32,000 nucleotides of DNA from Wigglesworthia glossinidia endosymbiont of Glossina brevipalpis (GTDB lineage: Bacteria; Pseudomonadota; Gammaproteobacteria; Enterobacterales; Enterobacteriaceae): positions 510,001 to 542,000 of the forward strand of contig BA000021.3 of NCBI GenBank assembly GCA_000008885.1, read 5' to 3'. Shown here piece by piece: positions 1 through 10,983 of the stretch. The number at the start of each line of letters is the position of its first letter. The first letter of the stretch is position 1. The notes below the pieces were generated by a model. The model did not search any database. It was not told the origin of the DNA and saw nothing but the letters and a program-made list of their open reading frames with translations. The position numbers and the translations under genes are program-made.

Positions 1-2
1 TG

Positions 3-923
3 GACATATCTTTTTTATCTACAAATGATATCAGTTATATTTTGAGTCCAAAAATAAATGTTGCTGGTAGATTAAAAGATATGCGTATAGGTGTAAAATT
101 ATTATTAACAAATGATATAAAAAAAGCTCGTTTATTAGCAAAAGAACTTAATTTTTTAAACAAAAAAAGACAAATAATTGGGAAAAAAATGGAAAAACAA
201 GCTTTTTTTATATGTACTAAAATACAAAAAAAAACAAATACTACACCTTCAGGGTTTGTCCTTTATCATCAAGATTGGCATGAAGGAATATTAGGGATAA
301 TAGCTTCTAGAATAAAGGAAAGATTTCAAGTTCCAGTAATTATATTTGCTAAATCTAAAAATAATCTACTAAAAGGTTCTATAAGATCTATAGAAGGAAT
401 AAACATAAGATTAATTTTAAAAGAACTAAATAACATGTATCCAGATTTAATAATTTCATTTGGAGGACATTCTGTTGCTGCAGCTTTAGTAATAGAAAGT
501 AGTAAATTGATATATTTTAAAAAAATTTTTTTAAATTTCATTGAAAATAAAAAAATAAATGTTTCATCAAAAAGAATAATATCCTCTGATGGAGAACTAT
601 TTTACGATGATATTTCTATAAAAACAGCTACTTTGTTACTATACTCTTCACCATGGGGAAATAAATTTAATTATCCGATATTTGATGGTAAATTTCGTAT
701 TTTCGATCAGTTATTAATAAACAAAATTCACTTAAAAATAAAAATACAACATATATTAGGAGGAAATATTTTAGATGGAATTTGTTTTAATGTTGATTTA
801 AAATCATGGCCAAACAAAAAAATAAATTTTGTAAAACTAGCATATACTCTAAGAGTTTATAAAAAAAACAAAATTCCAATACTACAAATAATAATAATTC
901 ATTTATTTCCAATAATGCCTTGA
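3..923 (+). CDS. recJ: Single-stranded-DNA-specific exonuclease RecJ, C-terminal part (5' end outside the window)
   Basis: The frame is open from base 3 (DISFLSTNDISYILSPKINVAGRLKDM...), so the listed TTG at 42 is not the true start. Motifs INVAGRLKDM, WHEGILGIIASRIKERF, ISFGGHS and LFDGKFRIFDQ match RecJ. It lies next to prfB-lysS as in Enterobacterales. Confidence 0.95.
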   Translation, partial: DISFLSTNDISYILSPKINVAGRLKDMRIGVKLLLTNDIKKARLLAKELNFLNKKRQIIGKKMEKQAFFICTKIQKKTNTTPSGFVLYHQDWHEGILGIIASRIKERFQVPVIIFAKSKNNLLKGSIRSIEGINIRLILKELNNMYPDLIISFGGHSVAAALVIESSKLIYFKKIFLNFIENKKINVSSKRIISSDGELFYDDISIKTATLLLYSSPWGNKFNYPIFDGKFRIFDQLLINKIHLKIKIQHILGGNILDGICFNVDLKSWPNKKINFVKLAYTLRVYKKNKIPILQIIIIHLFPIMP

Positions 924-1002
924 AAATATTACAATAAGTATATTAGAATATTTAACTATAAACAGTATTTATAAATTTAATAAATTAATAATTTAATAAA
1001 AA

Positions 1003-2092
1003 ATGTTAGATTCTTATTATATAAAACTAAAAATTTCGTCTTTTTTAAGACGTATAAAATATTTAACTGATTTTCTTTAACTCGAATAAAAAAATAAAAA
1101 ATTCTACAGAAATAGATAAATGTAAATTTGTATATTTAGAAAAGAAAAATTTACCACTAAATGAATATAAAACAAAATTTTATAATAAAAAAAATATTAT
1201 AAATGAAATTAAATTTTTACACGAACAAGTAAAAGAAATTAATATTCTTTTTGATTTGTCTTTAGAAGAAAATGATTCAAAATCTTTGCTTGAAGTTAAT
1301 AATGAAATAATTTTATTGAATAAAAGAATGAAAAAAATAGAACTTATGTGCTATTTTTTTGAAAAAAATGATCGTTGTAATTGTTATATGGATATACAGC
1401 CAGGATCTGGAGGAATAGATGCCCAAGATTGGGCTTCAATATTATTAAGGATGTATTTAAAATGGGCAGATCGTAATAATTTTAAAACCGATATTATTTA
1501 TAAGTCAAGTTCTGAAATAGCTGGTATAAAATCAGCTACAGTTAAATTTTTAGGATCTTATGCATACGGATGGTTAAAAAAAGAAACTGGAATACATAGA
1601 TTAGTAAGAAAAAGTCCATTTGACTCTAACGGGAAAAGACATACTTCTTTTTGTTCAATATTTGTATATCCAGATATAAATGATAAAATTGAAATTAAAA
1701 TAAATTTATCAGATCTTAGAATTGATGTATATAGATCTTCTGGAGCAGGAGGTCAACATGTAAATAGGACAGAGTCTGCTGTTAGAATAACACATTTGCC
1801 TACTAAAATAACCACACAGTGTCAAAGCGATAGATCTCAACACAAAAATAAAGAAAAGGCTATTAATCAGCTTAAATCGAAACTATATGAATTTGAGTTA
1901 AGAAAAAAAAATAAAGATAAAAAAATCATAGAAAAATCCAAATCAAAAATTGCTTGGGGGAATCAAATTAGATCATATATATTTGATAATTCTATAGTAA
2001 AAGATTTAAGAACTGGAATTGAATCGAAAAAGATTCAGTCTATTTTAGACGGGGATTTAAATATTTTTCTTAACAAGAATTTTAACATATAA
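1003..2092 (+). CDS. prfB: Peptide chain release factor 2, expressed through a putative programmed +1 frameshift (1003..1077 joined to 1079..2092)
   Basis: The body contains the GGQ motif ([19 protein letters not shown]) and RF2-like sequence. ATG at 1003 gives 25 codons ([25 protein letters not shown]) ending CTT TAA C. A +1 shift at CTT-T enters the long frame ([10 protein letters not shown]...LSLEENDSK). The stop is at codon 26, the same position as in E. coli prfB. The joined product is about 362 aa. Confidence 0.93.
1075..1081 (+). promoter_or_regulatory. prfB: Putative prfB +1 recoding site, CTT TAA C
   Basis: CTTTAAC at 1075-1081 matches the canonical slip heptamer CTTTGAC except that UAA replaces UGA. 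There is no AGGGGG-like element just upstream (ACTGATTTT instead). Confidence 0.8.
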
Positions 2093-2170
2093 AAATTTAA
2101 AATTTTATATTTTAAAAAATACAAATAATATATTTTAATTAAAATTAATAAATTTAATCAATTAATCAAA

Positions 2171-3652
2171 ATGAAAAACAAAAAAGAAATTTACTATCGT
2201 AAAAAAAAATTAGAAGAAATGAGGAAAAATGAAAATATATTTCCTAATAATTTTCGTCAAAATACTACTATAAAAAATATAAAAAAAAATTATAAAAAAA
2301 ATGATAAAGAATATTTTAAAAACAATAAAATAATAATTAGTATTGCTGGAAGAATAATATCTATCAGAGTAATGGGAAAATCTTCTTTCTTAGAAATTAG
2401 AAACATAGAATCTAAAATACAAATATATATTTCAGAAAATAATATATCAAAAAATAAATATAAAAAAATAATAAAACAATTAGATATAGGAGATATAATT
2501 GGAGTTTTAGGTGTTTTATTTAAAACAAACACTGAAGAACTATCTGTAAAATGCAAAAAACTATATGTATTAACTAAATCCGTTAAACCTTTCCCAAATA
2601 AATTCCAAGGATTATTAAATCAAGAAATATGTTATAGAAAAAGATATTTGGATTTAATTACAAATAAAAAATCAAGAAATACATTTAAAACTAGATCAAT
2701 TATTATAAATAATATAAGAAAATTTATGATAAAAGAAAATTTTGTAGAAGTAGAAACTCCTATGATGCATAATATACCAGGAGGAGGTTTATCTAAACCA
2801 TTTATTACTCATCACAGCTCTTTAAATATTGATTTATATTTAAGAATTGCTCCTGAGTTGTATTTAAAACAGTTGATTGTTGGAGGATTCGAAAAAATAT
2901 TTGAAATTAATAGAAATTTTAGAAATGAAGGATTATCGTCTAATCATAATCCAGAATTTACTATGATGGAGTTTTATGTTGCATATATTGATTATGAAGA
3001 TTTAATGAAAATAGTAGAAAATTTATTAAATTATATTGTTGATAAAATTTTTAATAAAAACAAAATAAATTATAATAATTTTATGATAAATTTTGAAAAA
3101 CCTTTTAAAAAAATTAGCATGCAGGACTCTATTTGCGAATATTGTAAAAATGTAACACAATCAGATATTTCTGACATTAAAATTATCACTGATATAGCTA
3201 AATCTTTTAATATTACGGTCGAAAAAAATTGGGGAGTGGGAAAATTGCAAGAAAAAATTTTTTCAGAAAAAGTAGAAAAAAATTTAATTCAACCAACTTT
3301 TGTTATAGATTATCCAACAGAGATTTCACCACTGGCTCGTGCAAAAAAAAATAATAAACTTATAACGGATAGATTTGAATTATTTGTATGTGGTAATGAA
3401 ATTGGAAATGGATTTTCAGAATTGAATGATCCAAAAGAACAAAAAAATAGATTTTTAGAACAGTTAAAAAATAAAACCTTAGAAGAACAAAACATTTTCT
3501 ATGACAAAGATTATATAACATCTTTAGAGTATGGATTACCTCCTACAGCTGGATGTGGTATTGGAATTGACAGATTAGTTATGATATTAACTAATAATTA
3601 CAGCATTAAAGACGTAATACTTTTCCCAACATTACGTAATGCTAATAAATAA
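2171..3652 (+). CDS. lysS: Lysyl-tRNA synthetase, class II
   Basis: Class II motifs: FRNEGLSSNHNPEFTMMEFYVAY, GNEIGNGFSELNDP, GLPPTAGCGIGIDRLVM. It directly follows prfB. Confidence 0.97.
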   Translation: MKNKKEIYYRKKKLEEMRKNENIFPNNFRQNTTIKNIKKNYKKNDKEYFKNNKIIISIAGRIISIRVMGKSSFLEIRNIESKIQIYISENNISKNKYKKIIKQLDIGDIIGVLGVLFKTNTEELSVKCKKLYVLTKSVKPFPNKFQGLLNQEICYRKRYLDLITNKKSRNTFKTRSIIINNIRKFMIKENFVEVETPMMHNIPGGGLSKPFITHHSSLNIDLYLRIAPELYLKQLIVGGFEKIFEINRNFRNEGLSSNHNPEFTMMEFYVAYIDYEDLMKIVENLLNYIVDKIFNKNKINYNNFMINFEKPFKKISMQDSICEYCKNVTQSDISDIKIITDIAKSFNITVEKNWGVGKLQEKIFSEKVEKNLIQPTFVIDYPTEISPLARAKKNNKLITDRFELFVCGNEIGNGFSELNDPKEQKNRFLEQLKNKTLEEQNIFYDKDYITSLEYGLPPTAGCGIGIDRLVMILTNNYSIKDVILFPTLRNANK

Positions 3653-3657
3653 AAAAT

Positions 3658-4251
3658 TTAGTTAATCAAAAAATAATTTTTTACGCCTTCAAATATCATT
3701 TGTACAGATATCATTATTAAAATTAAACCCATTAGTCTTTCTATTTCATTAGATCTTTTTTCATTAAAAAAATTAGAAATTATAGTTGAAAATAAAAAAA
3801 TTATTAAAGAAAAAGTCCATGCTATTATTAAAGATAATAATATTTCATAAGATTTATTGACATTTTTATCAGATAAAAATATCAAAGTTGAAAAAACCCC
3901 TGGCCCTGCTAGCAATGGAATTGCAATTGGAACTATAAATGGCGCTTTCTTTTCTTTTTTAATAACATTATTCTCATTTTCTTTAAAAATCATTTTAATA
4001 GACATCAAAAATAAAATGATTCCTCCAGAAATAGAAATTATTTCCATTTTTATATTAAATATAAATAATACTTTTTCTCCATAAAATAAAAATATAATCA
4101 TTAAAATTAATGCAATTAACATTTCTCTTAATATTATAAGACGTTTTTTTTTAGCTTCAAAAGAAGACAACATGGATAAAATAACAGGCAAATTTCCTAG
4201 TGGGTCTATTATAAAAAATAATAAAATTATATTTGATAAATATTTGTCCAT
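3658..4251 (-). CDS. yhgN: MarC-family inner membrane protein YhgN
   Basis: 197 aa multi-span hydrophobic protein with IIDPLGNLPV, ISISGGIILFLMSIKMIF, APFIVPIAIPLLAGPG and ERLMGLILIMISVQM. It sits next to asd. Confidence 0.88.
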   Translation of the reverse strand: MDKYLSNIILLFFIIDPLGNLPVILSMLSSFEAKKKRLIILREMLIALILMIIFLFYGEKVLFIFNIKMEIISISGGIILFLMSIKMIFKENENNVIKKEKKAPFIVPIAIPLLAGPGVFSTLIFLSDKNVNKSYEILLSLIIAWTFSLIIFLFSTIISNFFNEKRSNEIERLMGLILIMISVQMIFEGVKNYFLIN

Positions 4252-4372
4252 AAAAATTCTCCATTTTTTAAACTAATTTTATATAATACTTTAATCGTAT
4301 TAAAATAAATAATATTAAATATAAAATTTAAAAAAAATTTATTTATATTAAAATTAGCTAGAGAAATTTATA

Positions 4373-5476
4373 ATGAAATACGTAGGATTTGTAGGATGGA
4401 GAGGATTGGTAGGATCTGTTCTGATTAATAGAATGCAAGAAAAAAATAATTTTTGCAAAATTCATCCTATTTTCTTTTCTACTTCGCAATATGGTAAATA
4501 TGTACCTATCATAAAAAATAAAATTAATTTTATTTATAATGCATTTGATTTAGACATTTTAATTGAATTAGATATTATTATTAGTTGCCAAGGAAATGAT
4601 TATACTAAAATAATACATAAAAAATTAAGAGATTTAAATTGGAATGGATATTGGATCGATTCTGCTTCCTTTTTAAGGATGAAATCTGACTCTTGTATAG
4701 CATTAGATCCAATTAATCGCAAATTGATATTGAAAAAAATTTCTCAAGGTTGTAAAAATTTTATAGGTGGAAATTGTTCTGTTAATTTAATGTTAATTTC
4801 ATTAGGAAGATTATTTTATGAAGATTTAATAGAATGGATATCTGTATCTACATATCAAGCTGCTACTGGTGCAGGATCAAAATACGTGCGCAAGTTATTA
4901 TTTCAAATTAATAAAATTCATTTTCATATAAAAAATGAATTAAAAGATTTAAATTTTAATGTATTGCAGGTAGAAAAAAAAATATTTTCTTTTTCTCAAA
5001 AAAAAAAATATCTTGAATTTGATCCTTTTGTATTTGCGTATAATATAATCCCATGGATTGGTAGTAAAATAAAAAATTCTTCTCAAAGTTCAGAAGAAAA
5101 AAAATATCAACAAGAAGTAAATAAAATTCTTAATTTAGAAAAAATAATTCCAATTGACAGTACGTGTGTTAGAGTTGGATCATTAAGATCTCATAGTCAA
5201 TTATTTACAATAAAGTTAAAAAAAAATATTTCTTTAAAAGAAATAAAAAGAATTTTATGTGAAAATAATATTTGGGTTAAAATCATTCCTAATGATCCAT
5301 TTTTAACAATGAAAAATCTTACTCCTATGAAAGTATCTGGATCATTAAATATATTGATTGGACGGATAAGAAAATTAAATATAGGAAAAAAATATTTGTC
5401 TATATTTTCTATAGGAGATCAATTAATATGGGGGGCAGCAGAACCTTTACGTTTGATTTTACTTGAATTAATATAA
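4373..5476 (+). CDS. asd: Aspartate-semialdehyde dehydrogenase
   Basis: 367 aa with VGFVGWRGLVGSVL, FFSTSQYG, FIGGNCSVNLM and GDQLIWGAAEPLR. Confidence 0.97.
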   Translation: MKYVGFVGWRGLVGSVLINRMQEKNNFCKIHPIFFSTSQYGKYVPIIKNKINFIYNAFDLDILIELDIIISCQGNDYTKIIHKKLRDLNWNGYWIDSASFLRMKSDSCIALDPINRKLILKKISQGCKNFIGGNCSVNLMLISLGRLFYEDLIEWISVSTYQAATGAGSKYVRKLLFQINKIHFHIKNELKDLNFNVLQVEKKIFSFSQKKKYLEFDPFVFAYNIIPWIGSKIKNSSQSSEEKKYQQEVNKILNLEKIIPIDSTCVRVGSLRSHSQLFTIKLKKNISLKEIKRILCENNIWVKIIPNDPFLTMKNLTPMKVSGSLNILIGRIRKLNIGKKYLSIFSIGDQLIWGAAEPLRLILLELI

Positions 5477-5503
5477 ATTTTATTATAATTATAATTTGTT
5501 ATT

Positions 5504-6184
5504 TTAATTTTTAATATGGATTATGTAGTTTGTATCTACACACTTAGATAAATAAAATTTTTTTAAAATTGGATTGTAACATAATCCAATAATATCTTTT
5601 TCTTTTAAAGAAGTATTGTCTATTAAATCTAATAATTCGGAAGGAGTGATAAATTTGGAAAAATCATGAGTTTTTTTTGGTATTATTTTTAGTATGTATT
5701 CTGCTAAAATTATAGAATAAAAAAAAGATTTTGCTGTACGATTAATTGTTGAAAAAAAAATATCACCTTTATCTTTTATAAGATGAGAGCATGAATTGAT
5801 AATATCTTTAGGATATTCAACATGTTCTAGAACCTCCATGCAAGTTATTATATCATAAAATTTTTTATATTTTTTTAAATGAGTTTTGGCGTCTTCGTGA
5901 ATATAAGATACTTTTATTTTATTTTTTTTAGCATGATATTTAGCGTGATGTATCATTTTTTTACTAGTATCTATCCCTGTTACCATACCCCCTTCTTTTG
6001 ATAGTCCTTCTGAAAGTATGCCAGCTCCACATCCTATATCTAATATTTTTTTTCCAAATATTCCTTGTGATCTTAAAGAGATATATTTAATCCTAACAGG
6101 GTTCATTTTATGTAAAAACTTAGACGATCCATCTAAATCCCACCATGAATTGGCCATTTTATCAAATTTATTTTTTTTATTCAT
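5504..6184 (-). CDS. ubiG: Ubiquinone biosynthesis O-methyltransferase
   Basis: SAM-methyltransferase motif ILDIGCGAGILSEGLSKEGGMVTGID and FDKMANSWWDLDGSSKFLHKMNPVR. Divergent from gyrA as in Enterobacterales. Confidence 0.94.
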   Translation of the reverse strand: MNKKNKFDKMANSWWDLDGSSKFLHKMNPVRIKYISLRSQGIFGKKILDIGCGAGILSEGLSKEGGMVTGIDTSKKMIHHAKYHAKKNKIKVSYIHEDAKTHLKKYKKFYDIITCMEVLEHVEYPKDIINSCSHLIKDKGDIFFSTINRTAKSFFYSIILAEYILKIIPKKTHDFSKFITPSELLDLIDNTSLKEKDIIGLCYNPILKKFYLSKCVDTNYIIHIKN

Positions 6185-6300
6185 ATTTTATTCTATTGAT
6201 AATTATAAATTATTTAAAATACAACAAAATAAACATTTTATGTAAAATATTTTTATAAATTTTATTAAATTTGTATGTAGTATATAAATAAATAAAAAAA

Positions 6301-6309
6301 TGTTATAAT
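6301..6309 (+). promoter_or_regulatory. Putative extended -10 promoter element (TGTTATAAT) upstream of gyrA
   Basis: Exact TGnTATAAT about 58 nt before the gyrA ATG. No good -35 box is visible. The same 9-mer occurs upstream of pepA. Confidence 0.35.
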
Positions 6310-6366
6310 TCAAATTATAATTTATTTTTTTATATTTTAATATTTAAAATTAAAAGAGATTTATAT

Positions 6367-8910
6367 ATGAATGTAATTAAAAATAAAATAATAAAGATAA
6401 ATATTGAAGAAGAATTAAAACGTTCTTATTTAGATTACGCAATGTCTGTGATAATTGGAAGAGCTTTGCCAGATGTTAGAGATGGATTAAAACCTGTTCA
6501 TCGTAGAATATTATTTGCTATGAAAAAAATGGGTAATGATTGGAATAAATCATATAAAAAATCAGCAAGAATCGTTGGAAATGTAATAGGAAAATATCAT
6601 CCACACGGGGATTCAGCAGTATATGATGCGATAGTAAGAATGGCTCAAAATTTTTCACTAAGATACAAATTGATAGATGGCCAAGGAAACTTTGGATCAG
6701 TTGATGGAGATTCAGCTGCTGCAATGAGATATACAGAAGTCAGATTATCCAAAATTTCTCATGAAATTTTAAAAGATTTAGAAAAAGATACAGTAAATTA
6801 TGTTTCTAATTATGATGATACAGAATATATTCCAGAAGTAATGCCAACTAAAATTCCAAATTTATTGTTAAACGGATCTTCTGGGATTGCTGTTGGAATG
6901 GCTACTAATATACCTCCGCATAATATTGGAGAGATAATCAATGCATGTTTGGCTTATTTAGACAATAAAAATATTTGTGTTAAAGATTTAATGAAACATT
7001 TGCCTGGTCCAGATTTTCCTACATCAGGAATTATTTATGGAATTAAAGGCATTGAAGATGCATATTCTACCGGTAGAGGAAAAATATATATACGCGCTAA
7101 TTCTAAAATAATATCAGATAATAAAACAAAAAGAGAATCAATTATTATTAAAGAAATACCATACCAAGTAAATAAAGTTCGTTTAATAGAAAAAATAGCT
7201 GATTTAGTAAAAGAAAAAAAAATAGATGGAATTAGCTCATTGAGAGATGAATCAGATAGAGATGGTATGAGAATTGTAGTTGAAATAAAAAGAGATCATA
7301 TAGGAGAAATAGTTTTAAATAATTTATATTCTATGACACAATTGCAAATATCTTTTGGAATAAATATGGTTGCTTTATGTTATGGACAACCTAAAACTTT
7401 ATCTTTAAAAAAGATTTTATCATATTTTTTATATCATCGTAGAGTAATAATAACTCGTAAGACTAATTTCGAATTAAAAAAAATTTATTATAGATTAAAC
7501 ATGTTAGAATCTTTTTTTATTGCATTATTCAATATAGATATAGTTATTTCATTAATAAAAAATTCAAATTCAATAGAAGAAGCTCAATTAAAATTAGTTT
7601 CTAATGAATGGGATATAAATAATATTTATTCAGTATTAAATAATAAAAAATTAATACATTTTTTTAGTAAAAAACAAAAAATAAATTCTAATTCTAATAA
7701 AAAAAACAAATATTTTATGTCTAAAAAACAAGCTAAAGCAATTTTAGATTTAAGATTAAACAAATTGATGAAATTAGAAAATAAAAAATTGATATTAGAA
7801 TATAAAGATTTGGTAAATAAATCATATAAATTAAATAAAATATTGAAATATCCAGATGAATTAACTAATTCAATAAAAAAAGAACTTTTGATATTAAAAC
7901 AAGAATATAATGATAAAAGGCGCACAAAAATAATAAAAAAACCAGTAAATATTAATATAGAAGATTTAATAAATCAAAAAGACGTCATAGTTACTTTATC
8001 TCATCAAGGATATGTAAAATATCAACCGTTAAAAGATTACGAAGCTCAACATAGAGGAGGAAAAGGAAAGTCAGCTGCAAGTATAAAAGAAAAAGATTTT
8101 ATTGAAAGATTTTTAGTTGCTAATACTCACGACAGCATATTGCTATTTTCTAGTAAAGGAAGAGTATACTGGATGAAGATTTTTCAATTACCTGAAAATA
8201 GCAGAGGGTCTATAGGAAAACCAATAATTAATCTTTTGCCATTAGAATCAAAGGAATATATTACAGCTATTCTTCCTTTTAGAAAATATGAAAAAAAACT
8301 TTATGTTTTTATGGCAACTGCTAGTGGAATTGTAAAGAAAACTGCATTACATGAATTTAGCAGACCTAGAAGTTCTGGAATTATAGCAGTTAATTTAAAT
8401 TCAGGAGATAAATTAATTGGGGCTGATTTAACAGATGGAAGCCAAGAAGCGATGTTGTTTTCTGAATATGGAAAAGTAGTTAGATTCCCTGAAAATCAAG
8501 TAAGGAATATGGGCCGTGCTGCAAGCGGAGTAAAAGGAATCAGTTTAATTCCAGGAGATAGAGTAGTTTCTTTAATTATACCTAAAAATAACAGTCCAAT
8601 ATTAACCGTTACTCAGTATGGATATGGAAAGCGAACTGTGCAATCAGAATATCCAACAAAATCTAGAGCTATTCAAGGAGTAATTTCTATTAAAGTTAGC
8701 AAAAGAAACGGAAAAGTAGTAGGAGCCGTTCAAGTAAATGATTATGATCAAATAATGATTATAACAGATTCTGGAACTTTAGTAAGAATTAGAGTTTCCG
8801 AAGTTAGCATTGTTGGAAGAAATACTCATGGAGTAAGATTAATACGAATTTCTAATAATAACAATGTAGTTGGACTTCAAAGAGTAGTAGAAAAAATAGA
8901 AAATTTATAA
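6367..8910 (+). CDS. gyrA: DNA gyrase subunit A
   Basis: 847 aa with [45 protein letters not shown] and the GyrA-box QRGGKGKS-like motif [11 protein letters not shown]. Confidence 0.98.
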   Translation: MNVIKNKIIKINIEEELKRSYLDYAMSVIIGRALPDVRDGLKPVHRRILFAMKKMGNDWNKSYKKSARIVGNVIGKYHPHGDSAVYDAIVRMAQNFSLRYKLIDGQGNFGSVDGDSAAAMRYTEVRLSKISHEILKDLEKDTVNYVSNYDDTEYIPEVMPTKIPNLLLNGSSGIAVGMATNIPPHNIGEIINACLAYLDNKNICVKDLMKHLPGPDFPTSGIIYGIKGIEDAYSTGRGKIYIRANSKIISDNKTKRESIIIKEIPYQVNKVRLIEKIADLVKEKKIDGISSLRDESDRDGMRIVVEIKRDHIGEIVLNNLYSMTQLQISFGINMVALCYGQPKTLSLKKILSYFLYHRRVIITRKTNFELKKIYYRLNMLESFFIALFNIDIVISLIKNSNSIEEAQLKLVSNEWDINNIYSVLNNKKLIHFFSKKQKINSNSNKKNKYFMSKKQAKAILDLRLNKLMKLENKKLILEYKDLVNKSYKLNKILKYPDELTNSIKKELLILKQEYNDKRRTKIIKKPVNINIEDLINQKDVIVTLSHQGYVKYQPLKDYEAQHRGGKGKSAASIKEKDFIERFLVANTHDSILLFSSKGRVYWMKIFQLPENSRGSIGKPIINLLPLESKEYITAILPFRKYEKKLYVFMATASGIVKKTALHEFSRPRSSGIIAVNLNSGDKLIGADLTDGSQEAMLFSEYGKVVRFPENQVRNMGRAASGVKGISLIPGDRVVSLIIPKNNSPILTVTQYGYGKRTVQSEYPTKSRAIQGVISIKVSKRNGKVVGAVQVNDYDQIMIITDSGTLVRIRVSEVSIVGRNTHGVRLIRISNNNNVVGLQRVVEKIENL

Positions 8911-8938
8911 AAATTTTAAAAATTATTTATTTTAAAAT

Positions 8939-8963
8939 AATTAATTTTTTAAAAAAATTAATT
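8939..8963. terminator. AT-only hairpin at the gyrA/lnt convergent junction, possible bidirectional terminator
   Basis: AATTAATTTTTT followed by AAAAAAATTAATT forms a 12-bp inverted repeat between the convergent gene ends. Confidence 0.35.
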
Positions 8964-10440
8964 TTATTTTTATAAAAAAAGAAATAATAAAACATATAAT
9001 AGAAAAAAAAAGCAAAGGAATATTTCCAAATTTAACGTAAGGAGTAACGCCCATAGTTGAAAATACTTCTTCTAACAAAAAATCATTTACAAATTGTGGT
9101 AATTTAGATTTTAATTCTCCATTTGGACCTATTATGGCAGTTATTCCATTGTTGCTTGCCCTTAATAAATTTTTTCCTGTTTCTAAAGCTCTCATTCTTG
9201 CCATATTAAAATGTTGCCATGGACCAATTGAATCACCGAACCAAGAATCGTTTGATATAGTAAGTAAAAAATCTGTATTTATTTTTACATTTTTTCTTAT
9301 TCTATCTCCAAATATTATTTCATAACAAATAGAAGGAACGATATTAAAATCAAATATTTTTAATTGATTTTGAAAAAAATCTCCTTTTTTTAAATCAATT
9401 AAAGATAATCCTAATTTATTAAAAATAGGATTTAAAATACTTTTAAGAGGCAATTTTTCTCCAAATGGAACTAAATTGTATTTATAATATTTGTTTTTTG
9501 AATTATCTAAGTAAGGAGAATTTCCTCCTAAAGTTATTATGCTATTATAATAATTTGATTTTTTTAAACTAATAATTCCTGTAATTAAATAAGACTTTTT
9601 CAATTTAAGTTCTTTATCTATTTTTAATAAAAAATTTCTGCATGAAATTTCATCACAAGGAATTGCAGATTCTGGCCAAATAATAATATTTGATGAATTA
9701 ATAATTTTTTTGGTTATTTTCAAATATTGTTCCAAATTTTTTTGTATTTGATTGTTATCAATGTATGTGTGTTGAGAAATATTTCCTTGAATTAAAGCAA
9801 TTTTTGTTGATTTTTCTTTAACAGAATACCATTTAAAAAAATTTAATGGATACGTTAAAGTTATAATAAATATTATAAATATGATCGGATAATATGATTT
9901 TTTATAAAATGATAAAACACACATTCCGCTAATAATTATTAGAATATAAGAAATTCCAGATACTCCTATAATAGGAGCTAATCCTTTTAATGGGCCATTT
10001 ATTTGGCTATACCCAATTTCTAACCAAGGAAAACCTGTAAGAATTTTACTTCTTAATATTTCAGAAATCATCCATGCTGAAGGAGCTCCGACGCAAAAAA
10101 GAAAAAAATTAATTTTTGGGAAAAAAAATTTTGTTAATATTACAAATATTGTAGGATATAATGATAAATAAGACGATAATAATAAAATTATTATAATGCT
10201 AAAAAATAAATTTATTCCAAAAAATTTATTAATGCTAATATAAATCCAATATATTTCATTAAAAAAATTACCTATACCCCATAAAAATCCTAACTTGGCT
10301 GAATTTATTAAATTTTTGCAATTTGTTGTAATTATTAATAATCCAAATATAGATATTATGCTAGCTGGCCAAAAATTATAAGGAGAAAACGAAATTACAT
10401 TTAAAGATCCGAAAAATAATGCAGTAAAAATTTTTATCAT
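8941..10440 (-). CDS. lnt: Apolipoprotein N-acyltransferase
   Basis: 499 aa. C-N hydrolase motifs: IIIWPESAIPCD, KYNLVPFGEKLP, SICYEIIFGD, NDSWFGDSIGPWQHFNMARMRALETG. Confidence 0.94.
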   Translation of the reverse strand: MIKIFTALFFGSLNVISFSPYNFWPASIISIFGLLIITTNCKNLINSAKLGFLWGIGNFFNEIYWIYISINKFFGINLFFSIIIILLLSSYLSLYPTIFVILTKFFFPKINFFLFCVGAPSAWMISEILRSKILTGFPWLEIGYSQINGPLKGLAPIIGVSGISYILIIISGMCVLSFYKKSYYPIIFIIFIITLTYPLNFFKWYSVKEKSTKIALIQGNISQHTYIDNNQIQKNLEQYLKITKKIINSSNIIIWPESAIPCDEISCRNFLLKIDKELKLKKSYLITGIISLKKSNYYNSIITLGGNSPYLDNSKNKYYKYNLVPFGEKLPLKSILNPIFNKLGLSLIDLKKGDFFQNQLKIFDFNIVPSICYEIIFGDRIRKNVKINTDFLLTISNDSWFGDSIGPWQHFNMARMRALETGKNLLRASNNGITAIIGPNGELKSKLPQFVNDFLLEEVFSTMGVTPYVKFGNIPLLFFSIICFIISFFIKIKLIFLKN

Positions 10441-10510
10441 ATACTTCTATATTAGAAAATTAATATTATTAATATAATATTTTATTTTTAATAAATTTTA
10501 TTTATTAAAA

Positions 10511-10969
10511 TTAAAAATATGGATTATGATATCCAAATAAATTTAAAAATTTTATTTCTAAAATTTCCATTTCTTCTATTTTATTTGAATTATTGGAATG
10601 ATCATATCCTAATAAATGAAGAGTTCCATGTATTATTATATGAGCCCAATGAGATTCTACGGATTTATTTTGATTTTTTGCTTCTTTTTCAACTATTTCG
10701 CTACAAACTACTAAATCTCCTAAAAAAGAAATTTGATCATTATTTGGCATAATACATGGAAAAGCTAATATGTTGGTAGGATAATTCTTTTTTAAGAATT
10801 TTTTATTAAGGTTTTTAATTTCTTTTTTTTCCACTAATCTTAAATTAATTTCCGATACTTTTTTAAAATGCAAAAATATACTTTTTATCCAAAATTTAAA
10901 TTTATCTATAGAAGGAGTTTGTTTATATAAACAGCATTCTATTTGTATATTCAGAAAGTTATCATTCAT
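10511..10969 (-). CDS. ybeY: Endoribonuclease YbeY (rRNA maturation factor)
   Basis: UPF0054 signature HIIIHGTLHLLGYDHSN and NKKFLKKNYPTNILAFP. Confidence 0.94.
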   Translation of the reverse strand: MNDNFLNIQIECCLYKQTPSIDKFKFWIKSIFLHFKKVSEINLRLVEKKEIKNLNKKFLKKNYPTNILAFPCIMPNNDQISFLGDLVVCSEIVEKEAKNQNKSVESHWAHIIIHGTLHLLGYDHSNNSNKIEEMEILEIKFLNLFGYHNPYF

Positions 10970-10983
10970 TTTTATAAAAAATA

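Noticed and set aside
1256-1258. TTG as the true start of prfB
   Set aside because: The frame is open further upstream and joins a 25-codon leader through a CTT-T slip site, giving near-E. coli RF2 length. Starting here would delete much of domain 1.
3857-4084. Opposite-strand ORFs such as 326-541, 2290-2556, 3310-3495, 3857-4084, 7626-7925, 9134-9325, 11981-12235, 16650-16877 and 31616-31882
   Set aside because: All are antisense to confidently identified genes, low-complexity, without a recognisable family, and typical of chance frames opposite AT-rich coding sequence.
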